A program made the translations under genes and the position numbers. Below are positions 1 to 11,390 of a DNA stretch of 64,000 nucleotides, piece by piece. Numbering within the stretch: the first letter of the stretch is position 1; each line of letters begins with the position of its first letter. Under the pieces are notes generated by a model, which made no database searches, had not been told where the DNA came from, and worked only from the letters and a program-made list of their open reading frames with translations. The DNA is from Adineta vaga (Eukaryota > Animalia > Rotifera), in contig CP075497.1 of the NCBI GenBank assembly GCA_021613535.1, positions 930,001-994,000 on the forward strand, in the 5' to 3' direction.

Positions 1-2
1 TT

Positions 3-326
3 ACAGTACTTGTTCGACAACAATTACAGATCCATCCTAAACAAAATTATTGAAATCTAATAAGTGAACAATTTCAACAACATCATCATCATCTATTCAT
101 AACTCCATTTATTCTATTGATTCTTGGTATACCTCGTTTAATCATTTCATTCATTGCAGGTTGTATTAAATCAAATGATAATCTATGGTTATTACTTATC
201 GGATATTTTGTTTCATTCATTCCATCAATGCTTACTTATATTGTATTTGTTTATCCATCAAAATTATATAAACAAAGATTTCTGAAGAATATCAAGCAAT
301 ATCAACGAATGATACAAACAATATAA
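3..326 (+). pseudogene. 3' end of a 7TM/GPCR-like domain (bdelloid-type), with an in-frame TGA near 51-53
   Basis: Frame 3 reads ...QNY*NLISEQFQQHHHHLFITPFILLILGIPRLIISFIAGC...LLLIGYFVSFIPSMLTYIVFVYPSKLYKQRF, i.e. two TM helices plus a helix-8-like tail. The 5' part lies outside the window. Confidence 0.6.
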
Positions 327-601
327 CATCTCTAATCTAACAGGTTAGTAAAAAAAAGGAGAAAAATCTCATTATGTAAATGATAATAAAGTGCATAATA
401 AGGTGATATGTTCTTTTAGATTAGCTTGTTGATGATCGAATCATAAAATGAAGAACAATATTCGATGTTTTTTTGCTTTTTGTCTTGTATAGCGTAGCAA
501 TGATTATTGCTTTGGTTTTTATATCGCGATCATTAATAAATATCATGTTAATAACAGAATAATAACTTTCTTTCATCATAGGTGAGAAATTAGATATTTA
601 T

Positions 602-663
602 TTAAGGGTGTGAGGTGTGGTTCGGTTTAGAGTACAGTCTGACCCACATTCTCACCCTCACCC
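602..663. repeat. Telomere-repeat inverted element (TIE) copy 1
   Basis: ttaagggtgtgaggtgtgg...acccacattctcaccctcaccc. Confidence 0.75.
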
Positions 664-1120
664 AGACGTTTGCATAAGGCTCTCCCTACAGTCGAGGGAA
701 TTTCAATCAATTGTGTCCTTCGCTTATTTTTCATTGTTCAACTCATCAGAAACAAAAAAATTTTGAACAAAAGATATGTACGTAATAAACTTATTCTTAA
801 TTAGATTTATTGTAGAAGACATTAAAATGCACGAAAATAGAAAGGTTTTATTCAACTTATTTTATCCACAGAAACAAAAATCACTAGTCAAAGTAACTTC
901 TTTTTTTTCTTTCATAAACTCTTTAAACTATGTGATTTACGTCAAAGAGAAAAAAACATTTTTCTTAACATCAAAATGTTTCTCTAAAGAAAAAATAATA
1001 GTTTTTATAGAATATTTATTGCATCTAGATTTTATTTAATATTCGATTCAATAATCATCTGCAAATATTTGTTTTCGCTGATATTGGTCAATTTAATCAT
1101 TCAATAGTTGTCAATTTCAA

Positions 1121-1797
1121 ATGATAGCAGCCGATGAAAGATCAATTAATATCCAAGAGTATTTAAATGCTAGACATCAACAAATGAATGATAAATCTGT
1201 GAAGAGTCTCGTCGGACGTATTATAATTAAATAAAGATGAAAAGTATTATCTGATCATGAAGATTATGTATCAGCATGTAATAGTTTAGGCAATGTGTTC
1301 TATGGCAAACGACAATTGAATGAAGAGTTGGAGATATTTGATTTAATTTATGAAGATCAGAATGTGGTAGAATTTAGTGAAATATTGTTAACAAAATATT
1401 AGAATAATTTACTTGTGACTTGTCTTTTGAAAAATTTGGGTGATCACATACTTAATCATTCCTATTGGCTATGCAACATGTTTGATGATGCATTAAGTTA
1501 TCAATTCAAAGCATTAAATAAACAACAAAGAATTTCATATGGAGAACAATCGCAAACTTTTTTATCGTTAGAAAATACCGGCAGTCTTTATTACAATCTA
1601 CAAAAATGACAAGAAGCTATAGATTATTTCGAAGAAGTGAAGACTATCTTAATATTAAATATTCAAATCAATAAGAACTACATTGAAGAGATAGACAATC
1701 TCATAACTGTTGCGAAACGAAAAGAAAGCACAGGATCTGATGTGAACACAAATTGTTGTCAATCAAATGAAAAGAGAAAATATCACAATATACAATA
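1121..1797 (+). pseudogene. Degraded TPR-repeat protein relic
   Basis: Fragments YVSACNSLGNVFYGKRQLNEELEIF, FDDALSYQFKALNKQQR and SLENTGSLYYNLQK*QEAIDYFEE are TPR-like. Multiple stops and frameshifts. Confidence 0.6.
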
Positions 1798-1911
1798 ATA
1801 TGTTAAACGTTGGAAATGTTTCAAAGACAGAGTCTTTAATTGCCCTTAACTGATTGCACATCTATTATATTTTGCATTGGCAGATATAGTGTTAGCTGCT
1901 TTACTTGTGTT

Positions 1912-2919
1912 TCATTTTCCAAGAAGTACATTGATTTCATCGAATTCTTTCTTCAAAGAGACACCTTCTATGTCGCAATAGCGACCATATAGTTTTTCTG
2001 CCCAAGAAAGTCGACGATGAACAGCTGCAATATGTGACGGAGAACTTTTCAGGATATACTTACCAACAGCAACATGATAATCAGCAATATCACGTATCAA
2101 ACGAACGAACAGATCTTCATAAAAATCAAATACTTGAATATTATTTCTATAATTAAATGCCCAATCTAGTTGCTCTCCATCGTTTTCACGAAACACATAA
2201 ATTGACAAATGAAATCCATATGTCAATAGATCAGTGAATATTTCTCGAAATTTCTCGAGAATCAATGGTACAGCTAATTTTGCCATGATGTTTGATGTGA
2301 TGAAAAAGATGCATTTATTTTTGTTTTGATCAAAGCATCCCAGACAATCTGTAATGCTTGAGAATACTTCTAATACACATGTTACAGCAGCAACCGTCAT
2401 AGACAAAGTATAATTTGTATAAAAGCTTTTTGCTGGTTGATTTTTGCTTTTAATTTCCGATATGAATGAAAAAGCATTTTTCAAATTATCATACTGTTGT
2501 TGCTCTTCAATTTTTCGATCAAGCCAAATAATCATGTGATCTGAATCTTCACTGCGTAGAATTGAATCATGTCGAATCTTCTCTAAATGAAATAACATGG
2601 GAATTCTGATTACTAACTTCAGAAAAGTCGATATATATTTTTATTTATTTTCGAATGTGTACTTACTCGAGATATACGGTGATAAAGTCAAGCGATTTTT
2701 CCCACCATAAATCCAAACAATCTGATCTCCATCTTGAATATTTCTGTCTCTAAATGTATCAGAAAAGCGATATATGAGACCACCAAAAAAAAGTTGCTGG
2801 CAGTCGGGTGGGACACCTGTTGCATGGTAGATTTGTTCTTTGAAACTTTCAAATGTGTCTGACGGTTCAACTTGAAATGGCATGTAAATGTTGTCGATCG
2901 ATTTAAGAACAACCTTCAT
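1912..2919 (-). CDS. Ubiquitin-like domain (with GG) spliced to a bdelloid-type alpha/beta (IIWLD) domain
   Basis: Ubl: VEPSDTFESFKEQIYHATGVPPDCQQLFFGG...IQDGDQIVWIYGG. A 54-nt intron at 2666-2613 (GTAAGT...TTAG, phase 1) joins it in frame to ORF 1912-2598. Confidence 0.7.
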
Positions 2920-3181
2920 CTTGTTTAGTACTCTCACCTAAAAAGCGAATGAAAGTACCTCTGAATGAAGATAAAATTTGAAATACGCATATTTTTTATA
3001 CTTCATCATTTAGTTGGAAATTTTCTCGCATTGACACGTGGTTTTTTTTTCATTCAATACACTCACATTGCTATGACGAGGGTCAAATTATTTACGTAAG
3101 GAAGCAAGAGAATCGACGAATCAACGATTTTACAACCCATGTAAAATTTTTTTCGAAATTTAACGATTTCACAAAACAACA

Positions 3182-3740
3182 TGTTACCTTTCTGATACTT
3201 ATCCATCATCTTACTGTATTCGTTTTGATACCAATGTTAAGAGTGCTAGTGGTTCCTCAATCATCGTAAACATTACTCGAAACTGGGCACCAATTGGAGC
3301 AAATCATTTATTTTTTTATATCCTGTACTTATCTCGAATACTATTGGTACAGTATCTTATGCTACTGATGGACCTAATACTCGTACAACACAATTATTTA
3401 TTAATTATCGCAATAATACACGTTTAGATTTACTCGGTTTTTCACTCATAGATGAGTTTATGACGCAAGTAAATGACTAAATTGTTCAAAATGTTTATAT
3501 TGTCAAGAAATTCATGAACTTTTCTGGAATATTTTGTAGAGTATGATATTTTCGAGTAGATTTTGATAATCGTTTGTGTCATCCAGTGCTTTAGATAATC
3601 TATCAGTCTGATGCCTAAGATTTTCTTTTTGTTTGAATGTTAACTTTATAAATAATAATACTGTTATTTTTCGTTGCAGGAATTGTCATCACTGGTTTAC
3701 ACGTCGCAAATGCTATTTTTAATCCAACTCCAGATAAAAA
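3182..3740 (+). pseudogene. Cyclophilin-type PPIase relic (bacterial/algal-like subfamily) with internal deletion
   Basis: YCIRFDTNV..SSIIVNITRNWAPIGANHLF, then a frameshift to SNTIGTVSYATDGPNTRTTQLFINYRNNTRLDLLGF. A later exon reads IVITGLHVANAIFNP. The central F.RV..GF..Q segment is missing. Confidence 0.7.
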
Positions 3741-3889
3741 GTGCAGTTTTTAAGCTTATTCAGATCAATAAATCTTCAAATATCTAATTATTTTCTTTCT
3801 TTATTACATATATTGTTTTGCAGAATGTATTCGACTAAAACTTAATATTTAATTGAGATTAAATGACTAAGAGTACATACGAAGAAAAA

Positions 3890-3945
3890 TAAGGGTGTGG
3901 GTGTCATTATTGAATCACCATCACCTAGACCCATCTACTCATTTC
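3890..3945. repeat. TIE copy 2 (degenerate right arm)
   Basis: taagggtgtgggtgtc...caccatcacctagacccatctactc. Confidence 0.6.
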
Positions 3946-4062
3946 TCTCTCATATAGTAACATCTATGCGAAATCATTCTAATCACACAGATTTTCTAAT
4001 TACCTAAGAGCGTCACTATCTATATACTCGACGATGTTTCCTCTGAACAATGACAACAATTA

Positions 4063-4145
4063 ATTTTCTAGTTCAAGTGGTTAAGGTGTTGCGCTTAGGA
4101 CGCAATTCACGAAAGTGTGTATGGGTCCGATTCTCATTTCTGGCA
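4063..4145 (+). pseudogene. tRNA-Leu(UAG) pseudogene
   Basis: Anticodon arm ttgcg-cttagga-cgcaa and a long variable arm like that of the neighbouring tRNA-Leu. The 5' acceptor strand is destroyed and the T-loop reads GTCCGA. Confidence 0.7.
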
Positions 4146-4219
4146 ATCTTTTTCATTTTTGAAATGATCGAGAATGAAGTTGAGTTCTGTTCACGAATAA
4201 GTGCGGCTTTATGCCATAT

Positions 4220-4302
4220 ACCAGGGTGGCCGAGTGGTTATGGCGTTGCACTCAAGATGCAATTCACGAAAGTGAGCATGGGTTCGATTCCCATTCCTGG
4301 TA
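4220..4302 (+). tRNA. tRNA-Leu(CAA)
   Basis: Acceptor accaggg/tcctggt, D-loop with GG, anticodon arm ttgca-ctCAAga-tgcaa, long variable arm, GGTTCGATTCC, downstream oligo-T terminator. Confidence 0.92.
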
Positions 4303-4430
4303 AATTAATTTTTTTATGTGCCGTTTTCAGGATACATAATGTTTGTAATTTTATTTTCGTTGCATTTCTATTTGCACAAGGTAGTGAACTCAAAGCATTT
4401 GTAGAAAATAAGTTTGTCTTGATTTGAATA

Positions 4431-4478
4431 TGCGGGTGTGGGTGGGTGTCTTTCTCTTACCCACACGCTCACCCTTAA
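4431..4478. repeat. TIE copy 3
   Basis: tgcgggtgtgggtgggtgtc-tttctctt-acccacacgctcacccttaa. Confidence 0.8.
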
Positions 4479-4976
4479 ACTCTTGCAAAGTCTACTCACT
4501 TTCGTTTGAATAAAGTAATTGACGACAATCGTATCTATCAAATAACGTTAGAATGGAATGAAGTCTGACTAAAGATTGAAAAGCCTAATCTGTCCAAGTG
4601 ATCTACCATCCATTGAAATGACAGACAGCAAATATTCAAAATTTCTGCAAGACTCCACAAATGAAGTGTCTGATGTTATCTCTCTCGTGTCAATATGTTA
4701 TGAAAATTGACTTTGTTTTTGATGATATATATGCAACATACATTAGGTATTCATGATTCATTGACCTATTTTGATTTTTATTAAACGTTTTCGAATAGTT
4801 TTAACCAAGTGAATGGAAGAGATTTGACAAATGGTACCACCGATTGTTCTGCTCATTTCAGTCTTTTCTTTTCTCAACATTCTTATTTTGTAATATTTTA
4901 TATAAAGACTCTCTTGAATACAAAAAATATGTTATATCAATGTCTAAAATGCGCTTGATTAAGGAGCGTAAAACAA

Positions 4977-5834
4977 TCAACGTGGACTAGTTGATGGAGA
5001 ACGAGAACTAGAACGAGATCGGGAACGTGAAAGAGTACGTGGTAACCAACGATTGTAGTTCACATATCCACTACTACTTTCATTAGATGAAGATCTTCTT
5101 CGTTTTCGATTGATTCGTACTGGTTGTTCATTATACTTATCAAAACACAAAGTACAAATACATTTTAAAGTCTCGCACGAATGTAAAGCAATATGTCTCA
5201 GTTGGTTTCGAATACCACATAAAGAACAACGCATTACTTTGGCTTCGTGATCTGTATCTGACTGTTTGAGACGACAAGGATTTGCTGTACAATTGGAAGA
5301 TAATATATGTCCATTATTGATAAACGCCTGAATAAAATGTTGCTGTTCAGACTGATTTTCTTCTATTGTCCGTATTTCTTTTTTTAAATGATCGATCACT
5401 GGACGCATTTCTGACAAACGACATTTTTCTAAATGTTGATTTAGACCTTCTCTGTATCCTTCCCATTGACAATGAAGATCCGCCGATATACATTTAACCA
5501 TCTGTTTTGGGCAAATTTCCAAATGTTGTTTCCGATTGTCAATATCAGTTTGTTCACATAAAGTGCATTTAACACGAAGCCGAAGTAATTGATTGAGAAC
5601 AGCACGTGTAGTAACGGGATGAAAACTTCTCTTTGTCACACGTCGACGACAAGTTGGACAACTAGAAGAATTTTTCAGCCATTCATTGACACAATCGAAA
5701 CAAAATGTGTGCCCACATTGATCATTGCATACAGGAGAATCAAAGGGTTCATAACAAATTAAACATTTAAGTTCCTCATCAACCGAAGCGCCGTCTAAAT
5801 ATTTGAAATCTGATTTTTTGGTTTTGTTTTCCAT
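4977..5834 (-). CDS. RING-finger / TRAF-type zinc-finger E3 ligase-like protein with RS-rich tail
   Basis: C3HC4 RING CLICYEPF...CGHTFCFDC...CPTC; TRAF-type zinc fingers (HLEICPKQMVKC...CQW...HLEKC); coiled coil; intronless. Start taken at MENKTKK. Confidence 0.85.
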   Translation of the reverse strand: MENKTKKSDFKYLDGASVDEELKCLICYEPFDSPVCNDQCGHTFCFDCVNEWLKNSSSCPTCRRRVTKRSFHPVTTRAVLNQLLRLRVKCTLCEQTDIDNRKQHLEICPKQMVKCISADLHCQWEGYREGLNQHLEKCRLSEMRPVIDHLKKEIRTIEENQSEQQHFIQAFINNGHILSSNCTANPCRLKQSDTDHEAKVMRCSLCGIRNQLRHIALHSCETLKCICTLCFDKYNEQPVRINRKRRRSSSNESSSGYVNYNRWLPRTLSRSRSRSSSRSPSTSPR

Positions 5835-6287
5835 TTGAAAGTTCTTTTCTCTTGATAGAATTATTTTGAAATGTTTTGTTAGATAAAAAAGAAATAACAA
5901 GACTTGAGAAAAATCTATTGAGTCATTCTCAATGATTATCGGTTCAGAGAGAAGCAGAATGCAAGAAAAAACTAGTATAAATATGATTACGGCAGGTAAT
6001 GTCGACAGAATTCAGCAAGATATTTCTTCTCTTTCTCAACAGAATGAAATTACAAAATCGAAATGAATTAATGGATTTCTCTTGTTTGCACTGTTTCACC
6101 TATTGAATAAAACACATGTAGACTATGATTCAGTCATAACGTAGATTGTAGTATGTCAGCACTATTAAATGTACGAAAACTATCATTCGGCGAGACTACA
6201 TTTTTTGATTTTTTTTTTGTTTAGCGAAATATCATTTTATTATAATCATCTCATGGTTCTTCTACGAAGTCAAACTCGCCACCATTT

Positions 6288-6436
6288 TTTCATGGACAAC
6301 CGGTAGATCCAACGAATAATATGACTTATTGGATTGGTTGGATTCAAGATGCAGAAGAAACTCTGTTCATTGGTGAACGATTCCAATTATCAATCAAAAT
6401 TCCGACAGATTATCTATTTAAGGCACCGAAAGTGAA
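6288..6436 (+). pseudogene. Ubiquitin-conjugating enzyme E2 fragment truncated at TIE copy 4
   Basis: QPVDPTNNMTYWIGWIQDAEETLFIGERFQLSIKIPTDYLFKAPKVK matches the E2 core (W...I.GP..T.Y.GG.F.L.I.FP.DYPF.PPKV). The following F.T.IYHPN/catalytic Cys segment is absent. Confidence 0.8.
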
Positions 6437-6497
6437 ATCTTAAGAGTGTGGGTGAAGAGAACAATATTAATCACACCCACACCCACACCCTCCAGAT
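6437..6497. repeat. TIE copy 4
   Basis: atcttaagagtgtgggtga-agagaacaatattaa-tcacacccacacccacaccctccagat. Confidence 0.85.
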
Positions 6498-7105
6498 GAA
6501 AATCTACCTATATGTCTCATGACTATTAATTTACAACAAGGCAAAGAACTTAGAAATAGAAAAGAAAATATTTGCATGAAAAAATGTTTGTGACAACAAA
6601 ATCCTCTTTGTATTGCAATTGAATTCGATTGTCAATATCTAACGAGTTATGGTGCTTGGAAATCATTACAAGAATATCAAGGAAGAAAACATCGTTATTG
6701 GTTACAATATCATCAATATCAAAAAGTGTCCTCTGATTTCAGTACACAAGAATGTAAAATGGCGAGTGATCGGTCAGGTCATATAAATAAAAATTTCAAA
6801 TTTCAAAATCATCATTGTTTTGTTCATCCATATTAGTTATTAATAATGATTTGACATCAATACGAATATCATTCGATCTTTTACTTGATTCGAATCTTAT
6901 TGATGAAAATTCTTATCTCAAACGAGATATTATTCCATGTCCATCCACTCATAATCACGACACTTGTCTCTATTTTCAAGATCAATCGAATGAAATTTAT
7001 ACACGGTATTTTCATTCACAAATAACTCGGGGTGCTATATTGACGATATACCATTGTTTTCTCCAACTATAGATACATATGAATGTTTTTATTCGACATC
7101 TTTAG

Positions 7106-7157
7106 TAGGGTATAGGCGTGGGTACCACATCTATCTAACACCCACACTCACCCACCC
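7106..7157. repeat. TIE copy 5
   Basis: tagggtataggcgtgggt...acacccacactcacccaccc. Confidence 0.7.
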
Positions 7158-7433
7158 GAATTATTATATATACTCTTTTGTTGAATTGTTTTTATTTTTC
7201 ATTCATTATTGTCTATTTTTTGTTTGAAAAGAGAAAACTAAGTAGAATGCTATGCAACCGACATGTTAAAGACAATTAACCACTGACTGTCAATAAAAAA
7301 AGATAGAGAAAGAATAAGACAATTTTCTCTTTTCATATGAAAACCATTTTAATTTTTCACTAAATTTTATTCTATAATCTAGATTAAAAAATTCTTGTAA
7401 AATTTATTCATCGGATTGTTATCATTCAGATGA

Positions 7434-8266
7434 TTAGACGCATTCGCAGATAATATCTCTTGCCAATCCTGATTTGACCATTCGAGTAAATTCAGGTAAG
7501 TTGATTTGGCCAGATCCATCTGTGTCAGCCAGAAAAACACAAAGATCAACACGATACTAAAACAAACAATGATTAAAGTCAAATAAACTCAACTTTTCAA
7601 TTAAATTAAAAGTTACTTCATCGGTAAGAATTGACAAAAAGGCTCGTAATTCATCAGGTGAAATCAGACCATCCGATAGACTGCTTGTTCGGTTGTAGAG
7701 ACCTCTTCTGCCTTGGTCGAGAATGTCGAAGACGCGTGCAATATCGGATTCTTGTTCCTGATTATTGCCTAACATGAATACTTGCAAGACTTGTAAGAAA
7801 TCATCCCATGCCAATTTCGGAACTGATGAAGAAACACTTGCTACAATAGAATGAGTAAACAAAAGATTACATAAGTAATATACTTTTAAGAATAAATTAT
7901 CCTAACCTCGTTGGTACTCTTCTTGGGTTATTGTACGAGAATGAATAGTTGCGCCGTCTTCGATCAATTCAACAGTAACACTTGTAATTTGACCATCAAC
8001 AACTTGCGCCTTATATTTAGCAGTTCTAATCGACCACATTGTTGTTGCAGGAAAGGAGAAGTTTGCTATTTATTTAATACAATTCAACCTGAAGAAATGA
8101 CATGAATGGACTTACTTGGTCTCACGAATTTCCGATAAAGTTTCATACCAGGAGTATCTAATGTTTTTAACAAGCAAACAAGGCAACTAACTACGATATG
8201 TAATGAAAATGGTATACTCACAATCAGATGGAAGTAGACCATATTGAGAGAAATCAAATAATCCAT
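7434..8266 (-). CDS. Multi-exon EF-hand (calmodulin-like) protein with hydrophobic N-terminus
   Basis: Exons give IARVFDILDQG...DGLISPDELRAFLSIL and ADTDGSGQINLPEFTRMVKSG...CECV* (canonical EF loop). Short GT-AG introns. Confidence 0.7.
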
Positions 8267-8485
8267 GTCGTCGAATAGATCTACTGCTTATGTATTGCTT
8301 ATCTATTTTAATATCATAATATGAAATCGAGTAAAAGTCTTGTAATATTGACTACAAGCGATAAATAATGTTCAACTAACTCGTTTTAGATTTCAGAGTA
8401 TGTGCACACTAGATTGAACAGCTATACGTATACTTCTTATCAGTTTTTCTTCTTCAATTTTATACTTTCGAAGTTGATTTTTACA

Positions 8486-8566
8486 GATGAGGCTGTGTGG
8501 ATGGGTCTGGGTCTGGGTAAGGTAGAAAGCAATAAAGACACCTCACACCCACCCACACCCCTCGTC
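8486..8566. repeat. TIE copy 6
   Basis: gatgaggctgtgtggatgggtctgggtctgggt...acacctcacacccacccacacccctcgtc. Confidence 0.75.
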
Positions 8567-8619
8567 GACCTTTCCTGAGATCTGGGGAAACACATCGTGG
8601 ACACTTTCGTGACTATAGC

Positions 8620-10156
8620 TATCTCAGGGACTGAATGCATGACGAACAGACAAATAACAATATTTTTCAGATATATACATGTGTCGAAATCTGGAAGCTT
8701 TGGTGAAGAATAGAATATAGAAATTACAAAAGAGTCTTACCCTGCACATGTCTGTCTCTATTTGATAGTTCATAATCGATGGCATTTTCGCGTATGTTCG
8801 AATATGTTAATGCTGGTGTAGACTAATAAAAAATTTTATTAGATATTTGTGACAATTATTTGGAACAAAATTACCAGATCTTCAAAAACGCCAGCATTAC
8901 GAGCCACTTTAATAAGTGTCGCTGAATCTAAAAGTGAATCTCCATAACGAGCTGCATAAAGAGCAGGATCTTCGCTGAAAACACCTTCTTTTTCAAATTG
9001 ACGAACTACATGTGGTTCAACACGTTCATAAATAATGATCTTATTCCGTGGTGCTGGATGTTCTATATCAGCAGCCGAAGCCTCTTCAACAATTGTGCGA
9101 CGTTCAGGTAAAGGTCCATAAGGAAGCCATCGTTCAATGATAATATCACCTAAATCGTAAGAAAACAACAATACCAAAAGTGAAAATAATTCTTTTTACG
9201 TGGTTTTTCCGGAGCAGGGGGAAAACGTTCGATGATAACTGATCGTGGTGGAGGAGGCAGAGCAGGTAGCTGACGAATAACTACAAAATGAAATACATTG
9301 AATGATCTCTTATATATGTGTGTAATTTAAGTTTATTGTTTTTTTAACCTGTTTCACTAGGAATAGCTAGTGGTGGTGTTGGCGGTCGCTCACGTAAGAT
9401 AAGTGGAGGTGGTGCAACAGCAGCTTGCATATATTGACGTATGGTAAGTGGTGGAAGTGGTGCTGGTTGAGGTGCACGCACTTGTTTGATAATGAGTGGC
9501 TAAAATCATACAAAGGTTAGTAAAATTGCATCTAAAAATATTCGTTTGATTACTCCTGGTGGGCGAACAGCTGGTGGTTGAAGATATCGAACAAGAACTC
9601 GCTGTCGATATGTTATCGGTTTGTCCGTTATTGCTTTTCGAATAATTAATGGATTACGATCCCTATAAATATTAACTGCTCGTTCTAGATATCCATTGGT
9701 CTCTTCCAAACTATTTGTTTCAATCACCGATTCATTTGTCCAATCATTAGCTACTGTTACAGTTCCGTGTGTACCATATATGTTTCGTTGCGATCGTCTA
9801 ATATTATCACCAGTAAGGTAAACCTCACTTGCCGATGTTTCATAATTGCTTCGATTCAATCGGCTATCAGTAGTATTATGAAGATACACGCCACTAGTCG
9901 ATGTTTCATAATTGGTTCGATTCAATCGGCCACCACTAGCATCACGAAGATACACGTCACTAGCCGATGTTTCATACGTTGTCGAAGATTTTCCTTCATT
10001 ATTGGAAGCCCATTTTTGAAATTCATCTTTATCAATTCTATATATATATATATGTATAAACTTATTATTGTGACAAAAAATTTTTGATTCTTACTTTCCG
10101 TCGTGATTTGTATCAATTTCTTCAAATGAACTATTAGTTTCAACAATTTCTGGCAT
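8620..10156 (-). CDS. Multi-exon protein with N-terminal EF-hand, 22-aa repeats and proline-rich PPPLI.RERPP/IIERWLPY region
   Basis: MPEIVETNSSFEEIDTNHDGK|IDKDEFQKW EF loop spans an intron. Exons RYLQPPAVRPPG|PLIIKQVRAPQP..PPPLILRERPP and DIIIERWLPYGP follow. 3' end uncertain. Confidence 0.7.
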
Positions 10157-11297
10157 TTTCCCAAAAAAGACAAAGCACAAATAAATTCTTAAAATAAAAG
10201 AAATGAATAATTACTAATTAATATATTTCTAATAAAAATATCATTCACACCCATTCGGTTGGCTCAAATGGCTACAAATGGTTAAATATGGTCTAAGAAT
10301 AGCTCGGCGATGCATGTGGTCTGTTATTTTTGGAGTGATTTCCGAACAAAAGCAAATACAGACCTGTGGTTGTTAGCATTTCTTAAAGCACATATGACTT
10401 CATCTATTCATGAATGATGGCTCGAAAAAATCGCAATCTTGAGCAGTCTATGTAAAAGGTTTTAGATCCTTTTTCTCTTAATTCTCATAGATATCTGTAT
10501 ACATATATATAATGCATCCAAAAGATAGTCTAGATGACTCCTTGAAATGTACCTCAGAATTACCATGCTGAATTATTTTCTTCACGAATTATAAGATTTC
10601 TACTGGTAGTCCAAACTTAGATCAGTTGATCTTACTTTGCTGAAAAATAGCTCTAAATTAGGGATTCCAATAAAATGCCTATGATTCGCGAAGAAAATAT
10701 TTTAACATGGTCTACTTCACATACATTAGAAGAGGACATGTTGAATTGACTATCTTTTAAATGTATCATACACGCAAACGTCTACCAGGATTAAACGAAA
10801 AACAAGCGTAGCTTTTAACAATCTTATACTATGAAATAATTTCTACTGGCTCTCTCGAAAATGTAAATCTGACAATACTGTTTCATCCGATTCTTTCTAT
10901 ATATATATATACAGAGAGAGAGATCGATAGATATATTTTTCCCTTGAAAAACATGTCAATATGGATTTTTTCCCTCGGTATGTAAAGTATTTAAATCTTC
11001 AAACATCGTTTACAACAGGGGATCATATAATGAGAAAGCAATATATATTATATGGATGCAAGAGGTAATGTATATTCTTTATGTACTATCTTAAAGTAGA
11101 AGATGTGATTATAGCTACCGTGATCATAATTTCGTTGTTGCTGAAGGGCTCTTCAGATAAATATTTTTTTATTGTTTGATGTGGTTCGAAATGCACACGC
11201 CATAATGTTTGTGGTTATATTGGCTTAATCAGAGAGGAGAAAAGAGGAATAAACTCCATCTTCATCAAAATTCTGGTTGCGCCAGTATGTGATGATC

Positions 11298-11390
11298 TTG
11301 TATCTTGAGGGTGTGGGTGTGGGTGTGGGTGATTTTCATCCGTTTATCCAAACATCCTCACCCATCCACACCCACACCCTCAAGATGCAA
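11298..11390. repeat. TIE copy 7 (best-preserved)
   Basis: ttgtatcttgagggtgtgggtgtgggtgtgggtga - 25 nt - tcacccatccacacccacaccctcaagatgcaa. Contains a 21-bp perfect inverted repeat, atcttgagggtgtgggtgtgg. Confidence 0.95.

Noticed and set aside
688-720. TACAGTCGAGGG, similar to 32455 (Tc1/mariner-like TIR start)
   Set aside because: No matching opposite TIR was identified; too short to call.
4050-4427. 125-aa ORF (also 38272-38481)
   Set aside because: Overlaps tRNA genes; spurious.
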